From Toensbergia leucococca (Eukaryota): DNA of 64,000 nt. The notes beneath the pieces were generated by a model. It was not told where the DNA came from. It saw only the letters and a list, made by a program, of their open reading frames with translations, and did no database searches. The stretch spans positions 124,001 through 188,000 of the forward strand of contig JALDZS010000020.1 of the NCBI GenBank assembly GCA_022813965.1, given 5' to 3'. Both the position numbers and the translations under genes were made by a program. Position 1 is the stretch's first letter; every line of letters starts with the position of its first letter. Below, one piece after another: positions 38,350-51,883 of this stretch.

Positions 38350-39415
38350 TTCATCCTGCAGATCAATAGCAAAGCATAAAGAGAGAGAACTGTCTACGAG
38401 TTGAGCAGCGAGCTATGTGACAGTCAAGAAAAACATGGGTGAGATGAACGAAAGAATAATCGTGCCCTCATTAGAATAGTCACTTCATTCGATGATCCGC
38501 CACGGAAGGGTTCCACCGTTGCGGCAGGGTGCAGTAAGCAAGATTACAGACATCGCGCTTGGTATTTTGGGCACTCGAGACGGTGGAGAGACTAAAATGA
38601 GGCAGAGAGCAACGATTGGGATCAATTTGACGATGTGACGAGGACTAACGAGAGTAGTGTAATTGACGATGTATTTCTAATCCACTCTGATGCCTGTTTA
38701 CCCTTTGCGGCTGACTTTAGTGGAAAGTTATATCTTAGTTGAGCCTTAGGGCTGACGGCTAATAGGGCTGGATGTAAATAACGGCTTGTCGTTTCATCTG
38801 ATGTTGGAATACTTGCCGATTGGTCGACCAGTCAGCTGGCGAGCTTTCAAATCTGCCCCATATCGTCAGCCCACGCATATCCGACCCAATCATATCAGCT
38901 GTTACGCATCAAGCTTTGTTGGAGCCCAGGCACGACGACACTGATTCAATGTCATCTTCAGACTTCAGCTACCTACTCGTACCAACCCTTGCTTGATCTC
39001 GATAGTCGAACTTTTTTTCAGTCTAACCGCGAGTGACGCCACAAAGACTCCGGTATCCGAGTCACGTTGAGGATTGTGTTCTGTAGGGACAACAAAGTAC
39101 CCTTTAGCCTGTGGTGATATTCTACCATGGCCCGGGCTGTAGAATTAATCGTGCGAGCTATTCTGGTGGACCTGCTGAGCGCTTGAGCGACTTAAGAGAC
39201 TGGCTGCCTCAAGTGAGACTTAGCTGTTCGTGGGGCAATTCTAGCTCTAAGAAATAATTTGCTTCAGTTATCCCGTAGTGTTCTTCTTCTTCTTGTGAGA
39301 TATCGAAAGCCATCTTAACTTTAGATTATTGGTCCCGCGGTGCCGCCCCAATTTAATCGAGGAATCCCTCGAAATCCTGTCGTCTCAAGTCGACTGGTCG
39401 AGGGGTCAGGAGGTC

Positions 39416-39455
39416 AGGTACCTACCCCTTGCTACCTAGCAAGGGGTAGGCACCT
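39416..39455. repeat. Near-perfect hairpin/palindrome
   Basis: AGGT-A-CCTACCCCTTGCTA CC TAGCAAGGGGTAGG-C-ACCT: a 14-bp perfect stem plus 4 more bp after one mismatch. Confidence 0.9.
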
Positions 39456-40477
39456 ATCTTCAACATCTTCAACTTTAACCGAGCATAGTTTCACCCTCGA
39501 CCTTCATATGTACTGGCATTCAGCGTTGCTTACATTGAACAATTCATTCATGTCATGATAAATATAATATAGCTTTCCCTATACCCCGCAAAGCTCTGCC
39601 TGGCTTTCGTTCTCATCAATGTCTTCTGGACGTGCTTCAATCATGATTTCTGGACTTCAATACTTGGTCAGAGTTTTCACCAGCGTATCAAACCATTACT
39701 CGTGGACCGAAGCAAAGCCAAGCCAAGCATTGACTGTCATATCTTGATGTCGTGACTGATCCCATCCAAAAGCGCAAACGTACTCCATGATTACAAGTCC
39801 AATCCACCCTTGCAAGAGCGCCGTCGACTGGCAACTTGAGCGAAGTGGTGGCCGAAGACAAGGGTCGAAACGTATGATCTCTTTAATGGCATGTAATTTG
39901 TGGGAGTGGGCTACTAAGCCCAGGATGCTCCACGCCATGAGCTACTGCCGCTGCTTGGCACATAGGTACACCAACGACCTGATCGGCTTGACGACATTCT
40001 GCTATTCCGACCGCAGTGATACTACCAATGTTGTTATATGACACACCCGTCCAAGCTTTAGTAAATCTGACCACCCAAGTGGCAACACAGAGGGACTGGT
40101 CATGTAGAATATATGAATCCCGTGATCGGAAGCAAGGATTTACGGGATTCGTATGCACGACTAATTTCTCCGTGTTCATCCAAAACTCTCTCAAGTCTTG
40201 AAGCTATTCTAATCCTGAGAGCTATCCTCGTCCTCAAACTGAGCCTCGATGTCAGATCCACTTTGGTTAGCATGACCACAAATCAGAGCTATTAGCTAAG
40301 GGAGAGATAGACTAAGCGGTCACAACCGGTCATGAGAGCTCTGGGCTCACCTCGTCTGGTTGGGAATAGAACAAACTCGCTAGGGAACACACAATTATCT
40401 AAGCAGATCTTTTATCCCGTCTTTACAGTCTCCTCAGTCTGAAACTAGAATTATCATATCTCTCCTCTCTCGAATCT

Positions 40478-41496
40478 CTACCGATTCCTCCGCCTCTCTC
40501 TTCTACCTCCCCCACCCCCTCCGCCGCCGTCATCTCCACCCCCGCCACTATTCCCTCCTCCGCCACCATCTCTCCTGCTCCTCCTGCCCCCTCCCCCTCC
40601 ACCATTTCCTTCCCCTCCCGCATCTCTTCTACTTCCTCTGCCCCCGCCACCACCATTCCCAGAACTATCTCCATGACTGTCATATCCACTACCGCTCATT
40701 GAAGAGTTATTGTCGTTGTTATCTCCGCGCCTATCTCATCATTAATCAGTCCATTCTCGCAATGTTATTCTATCCCATAGAATAGAATCACCTCCCACGT
40801 CGTCGTCCCCCTCCCCCACCTCCATCATCTTGCCCCCTCCCGCCTCTTAATTGGCTCATACCGCCTCTCGCCATTCCTATCAACGAGCCAAGCCCGCCCC
40901 CGCCTGTATCACCCCTACCGCCACTTCCATTATTCCCCCCCGGTCCGCCTCTTAATTGACTCATTCCGCCTCTCGCCATACCAAGCAACGAGCCGACAAC
41001 GCCATGTTCGCTGGGTTCAGGGTAATCTTTGCTAGGGCCTCTATCTGGGGCTCGATTTGAACTTGATGGATTTCGGGTGTCGGGAGGGGGACCTGAGTTG
41101 CGGCCCCGGTAAGGGGCCCCCCGCTGAGATTGAGGCATGTATTGAGTTTGTTGCTGTACCTCAGGGTTGATTTGAATTTGCTGGGGGGATTCATTGAAAT
41201 GACGTCCTGTTGGTTGCTCATCGTATCGACTTTGCTGTGGAGAGGATCAGCTGGTTTGGATGGAGGATTTGTGATGGAAGTTTTACTGGGTTTTGGGACC
41301 CTCTATTAGCCCGTTGCTGTGGAGGTAGAATAGGCCCGTATTGGTTCTTCTCTGGGGGAGCTTGCTGCTGGCGACGGATATGAGGGTTATTGTGTTGACT
41401 GGAGGATGGCTGAGCGGGAGGGGGTGCGCCATTTTGCTGAGATGGGTATGCTTCGTAGGGAGGGGGCTGATCGCTATGGGAGTAGGGAAATGACAT
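40478..41496 (-). CDS. Hypothetical Pro/Gln- and Gly/Arg-rich low-complexity protein
   Basis: Three ORFs join in frame via two plausible introns (GTAAAA..CTGAT..CACAG; GTGATT..ATAG). PPPY motif at the N-terminus; duplicated GSLxGMARGGMSQLRGG. Confidence 0.6.
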
Positions 41497-42190
41497 GTTG
41501 AGAAGAGTGATTGGTTCTGGAGGCTGTCGGTGATGAGAGGTTGCTGGCCGAGAGTGACGCGGATGGTTACAAACACCGCAACTGTCCGTAAGTCGTGGCT
41601 ATCTTGTTCCGTACGAATCAATCTGTTTGCGCCTTGGAAACAGAATTGAGGTATTGGAGTAGGTGAGGTAACCCTGAGATGGATCCTACGTAGGTAATTA
41701 CCTAGCTCGATTTAGTCAGCTTCTGGCAGCTTGAGCTTGCAGGGATCTCTGCGTCAAAAGCACAGGGTGTGGGGAAAGCTCGACGGTCACGGAGTCGGTA
41801 GCTTAGGTAGTCGCGTGATGCCGTGTACATCGAACCATGCTAACTATCCGTCTCTTGAAGAATACGGACAATAGCCTCAACAGGTGGAGCTCGGTGGGTG
41901 TGACAATGATAGAACTCCTTGTCTGTATCATTAGAGGCGAATTGAGAACATGTAAAGGGCACGATTGCTACGTCATTCGGCGTGAATCTGCATAAGGTAC
42001 CTCACTGAAGTGAATTGAATCGATTCCCACGGTTTTTCGTCATCTTGGCCCAAGCTCCTTGCCTCCTCACTCCTTGTTTGTTTGGAGAGCACCTCGTTCC
42101 TTCTTCATCTTACCTCGCCAACTTCTACTACGTAACACCAATTATTGTCCCAATAACAACAATTAGTGACTTCCCATTCGAATAACAATC

Positions 42191-42806
42191 AGTAAGTAGC
42201 TATCCTGATGCTACCTCTTTTGTTACCATCTGAATATCTCATCAACTGTCTGATACTTTTGTATCTCATGTTTACAATCTCACATGCTACGGATCCACAT
42301 GCATTGCTGTGCCTTATGCTGATCATTCATCTCTTGAGTGACTCGTTCCCACAAGATCAATGACCGTGACCACGTTGGACTCGCCGACGGGACTGCTGCG
42401 GCTGAGGAGCATCTTCCACGCTACTTCGCCAAATCTGGCCATGTTGATTCCGATCCTAAGAAGGTGAAGAAGGAGGGTGGTGGGAAGGGGAATTGGTAAG
42501 TTACTCTGTGATGTCCATCCGGTGATCCACAGGCTGAACATCTCCTTAAGGGGTCGCTCAGGCGAAGAATCGCAAGACTATGGTTACAATTTCACCAACA
42601 ATCGTCGTCGCTCCAATAGCAGCTCTCATGCTCATTCCATTGACGATTTCAAGACCAAGTTCGAAGCCGTCGAAGCTGACCCTGTTTTCGAAGAAGAATT
42701 CCATGGCGCTATGCGCGAAGAGCCACTAGGCCTTGAGAAGGCAGAGAGTGGAGACAGCAATAGCACTGCGAGTATTGAGGAGGAGGAGCTCACCAAGAAA
42801 GTCTAG
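42191..42806 (+). CDS. STF2-like (Stf2/Tma10 family) small stress protein
   Basis: MTRSHKINDRDH..PRYFAKSGH..DPKKVKKEGGGKGNW|G..YNFTNNRRRSNS. Intron 42496-42550. The ATG is apparently split by intron 42192-42338. Confidence 0.85.
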
Positions 42807-43502
42807 ATGACTTGGGTGACGAAGGAAGACTCGCCGCGAACGCTAGTCTCTGTTGGCTGATGGATGGGAGCAAGTTGGTCTTCTCTGCTGCTGTGCAATG
42901 GCGAAACAGGATATGCTTGAGCGATGCTAGCTTTATGAGGTGCTGAGCTGATACCAATACTATGTCTTCCGCAGTACACAAAGTCCACGTCATTTGCAGT
43001 ACATCGCTGTGCAGGGTCGTTCGCTGCTCTGAAGAACACTGCGATATTGTGGGCACTTTTGAGCTGTAAAAGGTCCTCTGCTTCGCATGGAAGGTATTTT
43101 GAAGTCTGAAGATGACCATCCATCACATGATTGTGGACATCAATGCAGAGCGCCATTCCTCGAAAATGTCACAGATATCCTGGCGAGTAGTTGGAAACCA
43201 TCTGATTACTTCTGTCTTGGTAATTTGTATTAAGTGATATTGCGTTCTTCGAGAAGTAAGCTTCTTCATGATCCACAAAGATCGACGCGTACAATGTAGC
43301 CCTACGGAATAAATTAAGCGCGACGTCTCACTAGCTTCCATTTATTTTACCTAGTAACATACGGAGTATCCGTAGGTAGGTAGAGACCCTAAAGCTTGAA
43401 GTCAACAAGGACCCAGGCATATCGACATCAGCGATCAAGGAAGCCTCATGTGAGCTCGAGGATTACACAGCTCTGATGAGCTGATTCAAAGGCTGCCTCA
43501 TC

Positions 43503-46500
43503 ATGTTCTCTCCTGATGTATCAGTCCATGCAAGCGTCGCTACGCGCAATCCCCGAAGACGCCAACGGACTGGTTCCGACGATTCTGTCGCAACTCGACA
43601 TAATCCTAAGAGACTTAGAAGGTCAGGCTTAGCCTTTGATACCTTTGAACCTCCTAGCAAAAAGACAAATGGCGACATAAATCATTTCGACGAAGTGCCT
43701 CTGGCAAACGGGCACGCAAACAATGATCGAAGCGAACGGCTTGCAAGTGCAGACACCATGACTTTAGCTATCAGGCATAGAGGATTCAAAAAGGCAGATA
43801 GGGAGAAGAGAAGTAGTAAGATTGATGGAAGTACTGTACTAGTAGGTTACATTCCATTTCTTGTTTGGCAGTATATTGACTTCACATTGTTTAGACCAAG
43901 AATGACAATTATATCGTCACTCGTTTACCCACAACTCCTGATCAGTTGTCGGACCTGCATAGCCCTGGTGAGGATAGACTAGCCCCACATGATAGAGAGT
44001 TTTAGAGTTTTATTGACACTGCTTCAGTAATATGGCATGGAGAGATTTCTACCAGTCCTGGGTACGCTGTTGCCATGACCCAGAGTCAGGCAATAGTCTG
44101 GCGGTATACCCAAGGCGCAGGCCCAGCCGAATCTTCCAAACCAATGATCATCAGACTCCTCGACCCATCAAACGATTCTCGCATGCAACTACCTTCGGGT
44201 ATCATTGTTCCTACATCTGCAGAGCCCGCTTTCCTTGTCATAATGCCCGCCACGGGAAAAATAACCTACTGGGAGAACCTGTCGAGTGCGGCAAATGCGG
44301 ATCTTGTGCGACAGAAGCAACAGGCAATCCAAGGCAGTGTGGGTGGAATGCTGTCCGGCGAAGTCATCACCAGGGTCACTGAGGCAGAACCACATGGCTT
44401 TGTCCTCACGTTCAGTCTAGGGAGAATCGCCCATATGACTGTGAGTGACCCCCAAGGCAAACCATCGATCACGGTTCAGTTTCTACGAAGCAACGGGGCT
44501 TACAGTGGAGGATTGCTTGGAGGGCTGAAGAATGTCTTCAGCACTTCAGGTTGGAAAAGAGATATCGCCGCCGTGAGAGCAGGCGATTCTTGGCAACGAG
44601 GTCAGAGATATGTCATCGTTGCGACTACGAAAGGGGTATTCCAGGTCTGGGATTTAACCTGGAACGGAACACAATCGTTAACACTCGAGGTTGATGCCAA
44701 GGGAGATCTCCTGAAATCAATAACGGAAGGCGGTGATGTATTCTTAGACCGGGATGAACATCTGTTTGAGGCCTTGGATTTTACTCTATTACCCAGAGAC
44801 GGTTCTGGTAAGGAGCTCGCTAGAGCAGGCGACAAGTTAGGATGCAAGATACTGGTCATGACTTGCTTATCAGGGAGTGGTTCATCCAAATACGCCCTCG
44901 TCGGGCTCACTATTTTCAGTGACTCGATAATTATCGACGTCGTTCATCCAATCTCTTGCTATACAACGCCAAGATCTAAAGACTCCAACTTCAAGCCAAG
45001 AGTCCTGGTTCCCGAGCCAGCACAAACTGCCTTCGTGGTATTTGAAAAAAGTATCGTACTAGTATCTCTAGTCGAAGTAGAAGCTTCGCCAAGCTCTCAA
45101 CTTCAGATGGAAGCGCGTACACTACCAGACCCATTCCAGGATACCATTGACTTTCGTAAAGATAAGGGCTATCGTGTGGTTGGATGTGGCACGGAGATCC
45201 AAGACCGAGATTATAAGCACTCATCTTGCGTTCTTATGGTCCATGGTTACGGCGTTGTCAGGGTAGCTTCTTTACCTATGAAAGAGGGCCAGTCAAATTT
45301 GAATCGAGCTACAGTAACAGCTAAAACTAAAATTGAGCAAGCGGTCTTCTTTGGGAATATGCAGCAAAACTTGCTCGACTTCTCTGGACGGCCTGAAATC
45401 AATTTTGCGTTAGAAGAGGTTGAGGCGGCAGCTATGGAGGTTAACGATTCAATCATGAAATCCACTTCGGAATATATTCCTGCTATCACTGCTTCCATGG
45501 ATCATCAGCTTCAATTGAGATCGACGGCCTTGGCGGATTTGATGAAGCATCTCAAGCGGCATTATCAACCGCTAAGTCGACTAACTCGATGGAATCTTCT
45601 ATGGAGCGCAGAAAAGATGGCTGCCGCAAAAGCCGTGTGGCGTAGTTACAATACAGCTCTCGGAAACAAGCGTCCGGACGAGATGAGCCTCTTGACTGAA
45701 ATTGTGGATATGCTACATGAGAATTTCAAGAACGAGAACCAGCCTAATCGAGGCGAGACGGATGCAGTAAGACACTGGTTTGTTCATGATATCTGGCGTC
45801 TCGAGCGTATTATTCCGTGGGCTGAGCATGCGATTGAAGAGTTGTATTCCGAAGGCGTACAGGATGCCCCACGGCAAGCAAGGCTGATCAGTGAAGCCAA
45901 CGATCTCCAGCTATCCGCACTAGAAACAGCATTCCGGTTTCGCGAGTCGAACGCCGCTTTGTACGGTGTTGACAATGAGCGGCTAATCGATGGTGTCCTC
46001 CACGACGGCTACGAAGACTTTCCAGAAACACCGTGGACTTCAACAATCGAAATCGTCACCAAAGTCAAATTACTAGTCGATCTCTCACGAGAGATGGCAA
46101 TCAATCACATGAACTCTGCTAACGAGGGAGCGAAGGTGGATATGGACCTAGTCCTGAAGCTTGCAAGAGACAACCCTCGTCAGATTCAAATTTGCTGCCA
46201 GACCTATATTGAGAGGTTTCGTTGGCTGAAGTCCCGTTCTGATCCGCAAATGCAAGCATCCGGCGAGGCTTTAAAACACGCACATTTCCAAGTGCGAAAA
46301 GTTCTCTTCGTGAAACTCATAGACCTCTGTCTCTCGGACCAAGGCATCAAATTAGCCGAGAAGTACCATGACATGGGCGCCTTGGTAGATCTTGTTGCTC
46401 AAGAGAACGCAGACTTGGGGGAGCGCTTGGAATCCCCAGGGCTGAGCGAAAGTGAGGGAGAGGAATTACGTATACGGGAAATATCATACCAGGAAAGGAT

Positions 46501-47770
46501 CAAAACGTATTTCACCAACTACGGTACCAACTGGGCAACTGCGTTTTTCGACAAGCACGTTAACAGAGGAAAATTGGTAGAGCTGCTCGACAATGGTATT
46601 AGATTCCGTCGCCATCTCACATCTTTTCTGCGGGGGAGTCCGGTCCTTGCAAAGGTCAGCTGGATCAACGAGGTCATATTCGAGCGAAATTATCTTGGCG
46701 CCGCAGTCAACCTGAAGGAGGCGCAGAAACAAGAGACCTCTCTGTGGAGTAAAAAGATCGAGCTAAGCATGAGCAAATTATCACTGCTAGCTGCCAAAGC
46801 TGAAGGGCAGGTCGATGACAACGACTCTAAGAGTGCCATACGAAATGTTGACAGTAAGATGGCCATTCTTTCCACGCAGGAGAAACTGTACGCCTATATC
46901 AGACCTACCCTTCGTGGCGCCATTGACGAAACCGCCGAAACTGATCTTGCGATGGAGCAGTTTTGCAAACGTTTCGTCAAGGGCAAGCCTGCGTTTCACA
47001 ACGACTTGAAGCGATACTTGACCAAGTTAGTCGCTCGACAGGTCCTAGATCCGGAAGCTCTAGTTGATATCCTGACTCTAATGGACGTGGATCATTCGCA
47101 CGCAGACGACGAGGGTTTTGCTGACCGGAGATTTTTCCTCGCGCTTATGCTCCTGAGGAAAGTCGGTTTCGATAAGACCGATCCTGGGCGTATGAATTTG
47201 CATGAAGATACAATTTGGAGGCGGTGCATGATTCAAGATGATTGGGAGGCTATCAATCGCACCGAGCTGAAGGATGATACCCAAGTGGAGGTTGAAACAG
47301 GCGCGACAGCATTGTTCAAAACACTTAGAGAGGGTTACAAAACCGGTAAGCCACCAACACCTCAATCTAAGATCTTATTTCGAGACCAACAGTTTATTAA
47401 CCCTCTCCCCCTTCAAAAAGGCTTCTGGGACAAGTTCCCCCCAACCCCTCCAACTGCCCTCCTCTCAGCTGGTACCTCCATACCCTCCCTCCGCACCTCC
47501 TCCCGCTACATCAACACCCCGGACAGCGTTCTCACGCCTCTTGCCCGTGATTACGAGACCGAGGATGCGTTGCTAGAGCAGTGCATTGAGAAGGGGCGGC
47601 TGGAGATGTGGTGGAAGGGGGTGGTGGAGGCGGCGAGGATGAGTGTTAGGAACGAGGCTGATCGTGAAGGGGAGGAGAGGAGGAGGAGGAGGAGTTTGGG
47701 GAGAAAGGGAAAGAAGGTGAAGGGCCCGGGGGAGAGGGTGGATGGAGAGGGAGATGTTGTTATGGCATGA
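43503..47770 (+). CDS. NUP133: Nucleoporin Nup133/Nup132
   Basis: ~1350 aa; N-terminal RNPRRRQR, beta-propeller region with GKITYWENLS, TAKTKIEQAVFFG, KVSWINEV, LWSKKIELSMSKL, IWRRCMIQDDW. Introns near 43842-43894, 43968-44027 and probably near 47346. Confidence 0.92.
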
Positions 47771-48108
47771 AATGTTCTTTGTCTCTTGTAGAGCCGATGG
47801 GGGGTGGGTACCTTTGCATGAGGTGGTGTTTTTGGCATGATCGGTCACGGTCTCGGGGAATTTACAGTTCCAGGATAAATCTGCATAGCGAAAGTGGAAA
47901 ATACATGTCATACACATTTGGTCGTTGGCTGGCTGGGAGTACACACAATACCTAAATGCTGCGGTATAAATCTGACATGTGAAAAGATTGGTCTTTTTTT
48001 TTTCTGAATCTAGTTCGTCGTCTGATGGGCAGAATCAGAAAGCATCTCTTACGGATTCTGGGTTGAGTTGTTAGGGGATCTCTCTCCTAGGTAGGGGAGG
48101 TTCTTAAC

Positions 48109-48506
48109 TTGTTTCGTGGGTTGTTTTTTGTTTTTTTTTGGCTGGCTTATATTGTTTTGCTCATTTTTTGTTTGTGTTTATCTTGGCCGACTACTGGTTT
48201 ATGTCTTTTAAATCAGGCTTTTTTTTGGGGGAAAGAGAGACTTGGAGTTTTTTCTTGGGGTTTTTGTTTTGTTTGGAACGATGATTATGATGATGATGAG
48301 GAGGAGGAAGAGGGAGAGGGGGGGGAGAGGAATTGTTTTGTGTTTTTTTTGGAGAGTTGTGTCACTTGTTTGATTTGCGCTGAATGCATGAGTTTTTTTT
48401 TTTTTTTTTTTTTTTGGCTTGATTGTGGCGCTCGGTATGCACTTCATATGAAGGGAAGAGAAGAAGAAGAAAAAGGAGGAGGAGGAGGAGGAGGAGGAGG
48501 AGGATG
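48109..48506. repeat. Low-complexity tract with poly-T, (GAT)n, (GAA)n and (GGA)~10 microsatellites
   Basis: T-run of about 23 nt from 48393; GGA repeats at ~48475-48504. Confidence 0.9.
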
Positions 48507-49661
48507 AGGCGAAAGGGGATACTTTGAGGAATGGTGTCAGGGGGTTGATGATGGAAGTTCTGTTCACAGTGAGGCGTGATGAGGATAGGTAGTAGGTAGG
48601 CTGGTAGGCTACTGAAAGGGCCGAAACGAGATAGGATGTGGAGTTGAGATTTGTGCTTCAAGAGGGGGGGCTGGCTAGAGTGGGGATCTTTGCGTCCTAT
48701 TTTTCAAGACTCCCCAAAAAAGATGACTTGTCTTTGAGTGTTTCAGGGTTGCGTGTATACCATTCCACATATAGGGGGGGGAAGCAGTATCTTTGTGTAA
48801 GCCGGTCGTAGTTTGTATGCTAGTTTATGGGGTTGGCTCCAAGTTTCTTTTTTCTTTGTGAGATGTTTTGGTATGGGGGTTGGGATATGGCGGTCATGAT
48901 GAGGTGAACTCTGTTGGAACTCTGTCATTTTCGTCTTTCTCTGTTGGTTTGTTCATTTTTTTTAATCAAGGTTGTGGGGCGGTGTGGGGGGTAGTGATGA
49001 GGGGGATTGGGGACGGTGCTCTTTTGCCTCGACGGATAGTGCGCTTTTGTCATTGTGATCAGCGGTTCATAGCTATTGTTTGAATGATTTCAATTCATCA
49101 TCGTAGGGTAACAAAATTGATACATTTAGGACTAGGATTCAGGGTAGGACTGAGGATTGTGGGGCTGCCTATTTGGAAAGGGCGGGTTGAAGGGGTATGG
49201 AGGCTGGTTCTTGCTTGTCGTTTGTTGATGTAGAGGGGGCGTTTGGGGTTGATGTTGTTCTTGGGGGAGGTTGGGGTCAGCATTGAGGAGGCTGACTAGA
49301 GTGATTGAATCACTTTGTCCTTGGTATTGCCTCTGTAGCTAGGATAAGTGTTCGTCAATAGATGAAGGAGTAGATGTTGGGGATACAGGCATTGAATTGA
49401 AAGATTCTGGCTAAGCTGACGTCGGCCTAAACGCCCTGAGATGTACTTCTTCCTTGCTACCTCGCCTAGGTACGGCACTGTCAGGAACTGATTCGTTGAT
49501 ACAATTTAAACAGAAAGCTAGCCTTGAGGTCCCAAATACTTGCAAAACCGGAGCCTTACATTCGGCGAGGTAAGCCTTAGCCCTCTATCACGTGACTTCC
49601 CCTTTCCGGAAGTCAAACTGTGACAAGCTCCTCTCTATGATTTTGTTCTGGAGAGGCGAAA

Positions 49662-50890
49662 CTAAGACCTTACCATTAGTTCGCGCTGGTGACACGAAAG
49701 CAAGACCTTACCATCGCATTGACAACACAAGCCCAAGACGTCGCTGAATGTAGTTGCTTTCCCCTGCCGAAAGAAATCAAGACAGAGACCGCTAAAGGTT
49801 CCGAGGAAGAAATGAGAATACTCGATAGCTGCTTTAGTCAGAATCCATGCTGGGCATTGAGCTTGCATCGAACAATGCCGTGGCAGACTAGAGTCGTAGA
49901 CGCTTTTCATTTTCTTGAATAGTGCTTGCACACTGTTGTCGCTAAAAACGTTGCTAAATGGACTAAGAGAAGCTCCTTTAAGGCAATCTAGAATTAGAAA
50001 AGTACGAGACTCGGGTGTGCAATCATTGGACCTGAAGACGACGCCGTCTTTCCTGCGGCAAGAATAACACTGTTTTCGATTATTCGGCGCTTCCTGACCG
50101 CAATCAATGCATATTAGACCAGGAGCATCAAACGAGTCCAATGCATTAGCAATTTTGGCATCGACAGAGTGTAGGAAAGGTAAGTCTGCTATTTTGCGCT
50201 GGATAACCTGCATGCAGGACCTCCTCAATGCTCGTATTTCAGCTGATATATATTTAGCATATTGATCAAAGACTCAAATAAGATACGCGTACTTGACAGA
50301 CTCCTCGGTATTTTACAGAATAGGGGATCGAGCTCAGCTTCTGATAATTGAGCTGACGTTGCTTTGAGAGCGAGGTAAGAAGAAAAATTGTTGAACTCTC
50401 TTGGGTTGTTGAAGAAATAAGACACATGGAGGAGACCAATAAGGTCTTCGACGTCTTTAGATGAGGTTGCGGGGTCCACGAGGATTTGTTCTCTTGATAC
50501 GTAGCAATCAAGATATCTTAGCCACAATTCACTGAGACCTCTCAAGGCCTCAGTGCATTAATACTTATCACTAACTTCAGCGAGACGGCATAGGAGTCCT
50601 ATGTCCATCTCTATTTCCAGCTGCGGATGATGAAGAGCCCTACAAAGTATTGTGAATGTATCAAAGGCATCATCCTTTAAGGGCATCACGATTGGAGCGT
50701 CGCTGGTTAGGAGCTCAGTTCCTTCGCGAAAGTGCGGCCTGAAGAGGGCAGCAAATACAGGAGAAGCGAGGCTCAAGACCTTAGAGGATACTAGTAAACG
50801 AGGCTCATTCTCCACATCATTTTGCGGAAACGAAAAGATAACATCGCCCGCTGGGTCAATAGAGTGGAAAAGACCAGTTGCTTCTGACAT
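49662..50890 (-). pseudogene. BTB/POZ protein gene with an in-frame nonsense codon
   Basis: SIDPAGDVIF..LLVSSKVLSLASPVFAALF..FREG. LAEVSDKY*CTEALRG has TAA at 50558-50560 with the frame continuing. Intron 50292-50243 joins the last exon. Confidence 0.78.
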
Positions 50891-51883
50891 TTCCGTGGAC
50901 TGGGCGCTCGCCTGAGTTAGGTTAGTAGAAGGACTGAATAGATCTGACGTGTGGGTGTGTTTCCCTGTAGATCTGGATCGTTTGATTCCACGTCGTTGTT
51001 GATTGAGTAGCCCGTAGCCTGGATAGGGAATGTAAAGGAAGAAAGACCGAGGTTTTTGTCTGGCGAATGAGCACAATTATTGTGTTCTCTCTAAATAATC
51101 CCCTGAGAGACTATGACAGCCCTTATAAAAGTAAGGCATGAAAGAAAGACCGACAATCAGAGATATATAGAAAGAAGCTTGGAGAACGAACGCGGCAAGT
51201 ATCCCTAGATCGGTAGAGTCTAGACTGTTACCCAGCATCCAAAGTGCATCCAGGTCCTGCAACATTACGTATTCTATCAAAGAATAAGTTATTTTCATGC
51301 CGGAAAGCCCGAACGGGTAGCAGCTCTACCGACGGGACGCTTGCGTGGGATTAAAAATAGTGACACTTTTCCGATTTCTCTGGCAGATATGATACGGTAT
51401 TTCAAGAGGGATCTTGATGAAGTTATGGAAATGTGTATTGAGCAACACATAAAGGGAGGCTTGGAAGCTCCTTAGAATAGTAAAGCGGCTTAGCGTCACG
51501 CATAATATTTTCTGAATGATTTCAAAGGGTTGATGAGGCAGCAATGAGAGTGTTAAAGTAAGTGGAATAAATTGAGAGAAGATACAAGTGGAAGGCTCCA
51601 CGAAGAAAGGGAAGGGGAATGAGAGCTGAGAAGTTGGAGACTTGGTGGTTGAGTTCGTGGCCACGCTATAGCACTTTCGGACTAGTGCCACCTGTAACGC
51701 CTGCTCCTTCGCACCACCAGCACTTGTTCATATTCTAGGTAATTTTTAGTCCCAAACACGCAACATTGACTACGATTCAGAACGTAGAGCTAACGAGAGG
51801 AACTCTCGTGCATCCTACCATTTGAAGGAAGGCCGCTGTCGTGAATCACACTCAATGAGACTCATCAATTGACTTCATCCTCG

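Noticed and set aside
41685..41704. Overlapping palindromes CCTACGTAGG / TAGGTAATTACCTA
   Set aside because: TAGG/CCTA-rich short motifs recur in several intergenic regions here (e.g. ~2405, ~10690, ~43372); too short to support a specific call.
48109..48661. ORFs with poly-F/K/E/G/S runs
   Set aside because: Artefacts of microsatellite and homopolymer tracts.
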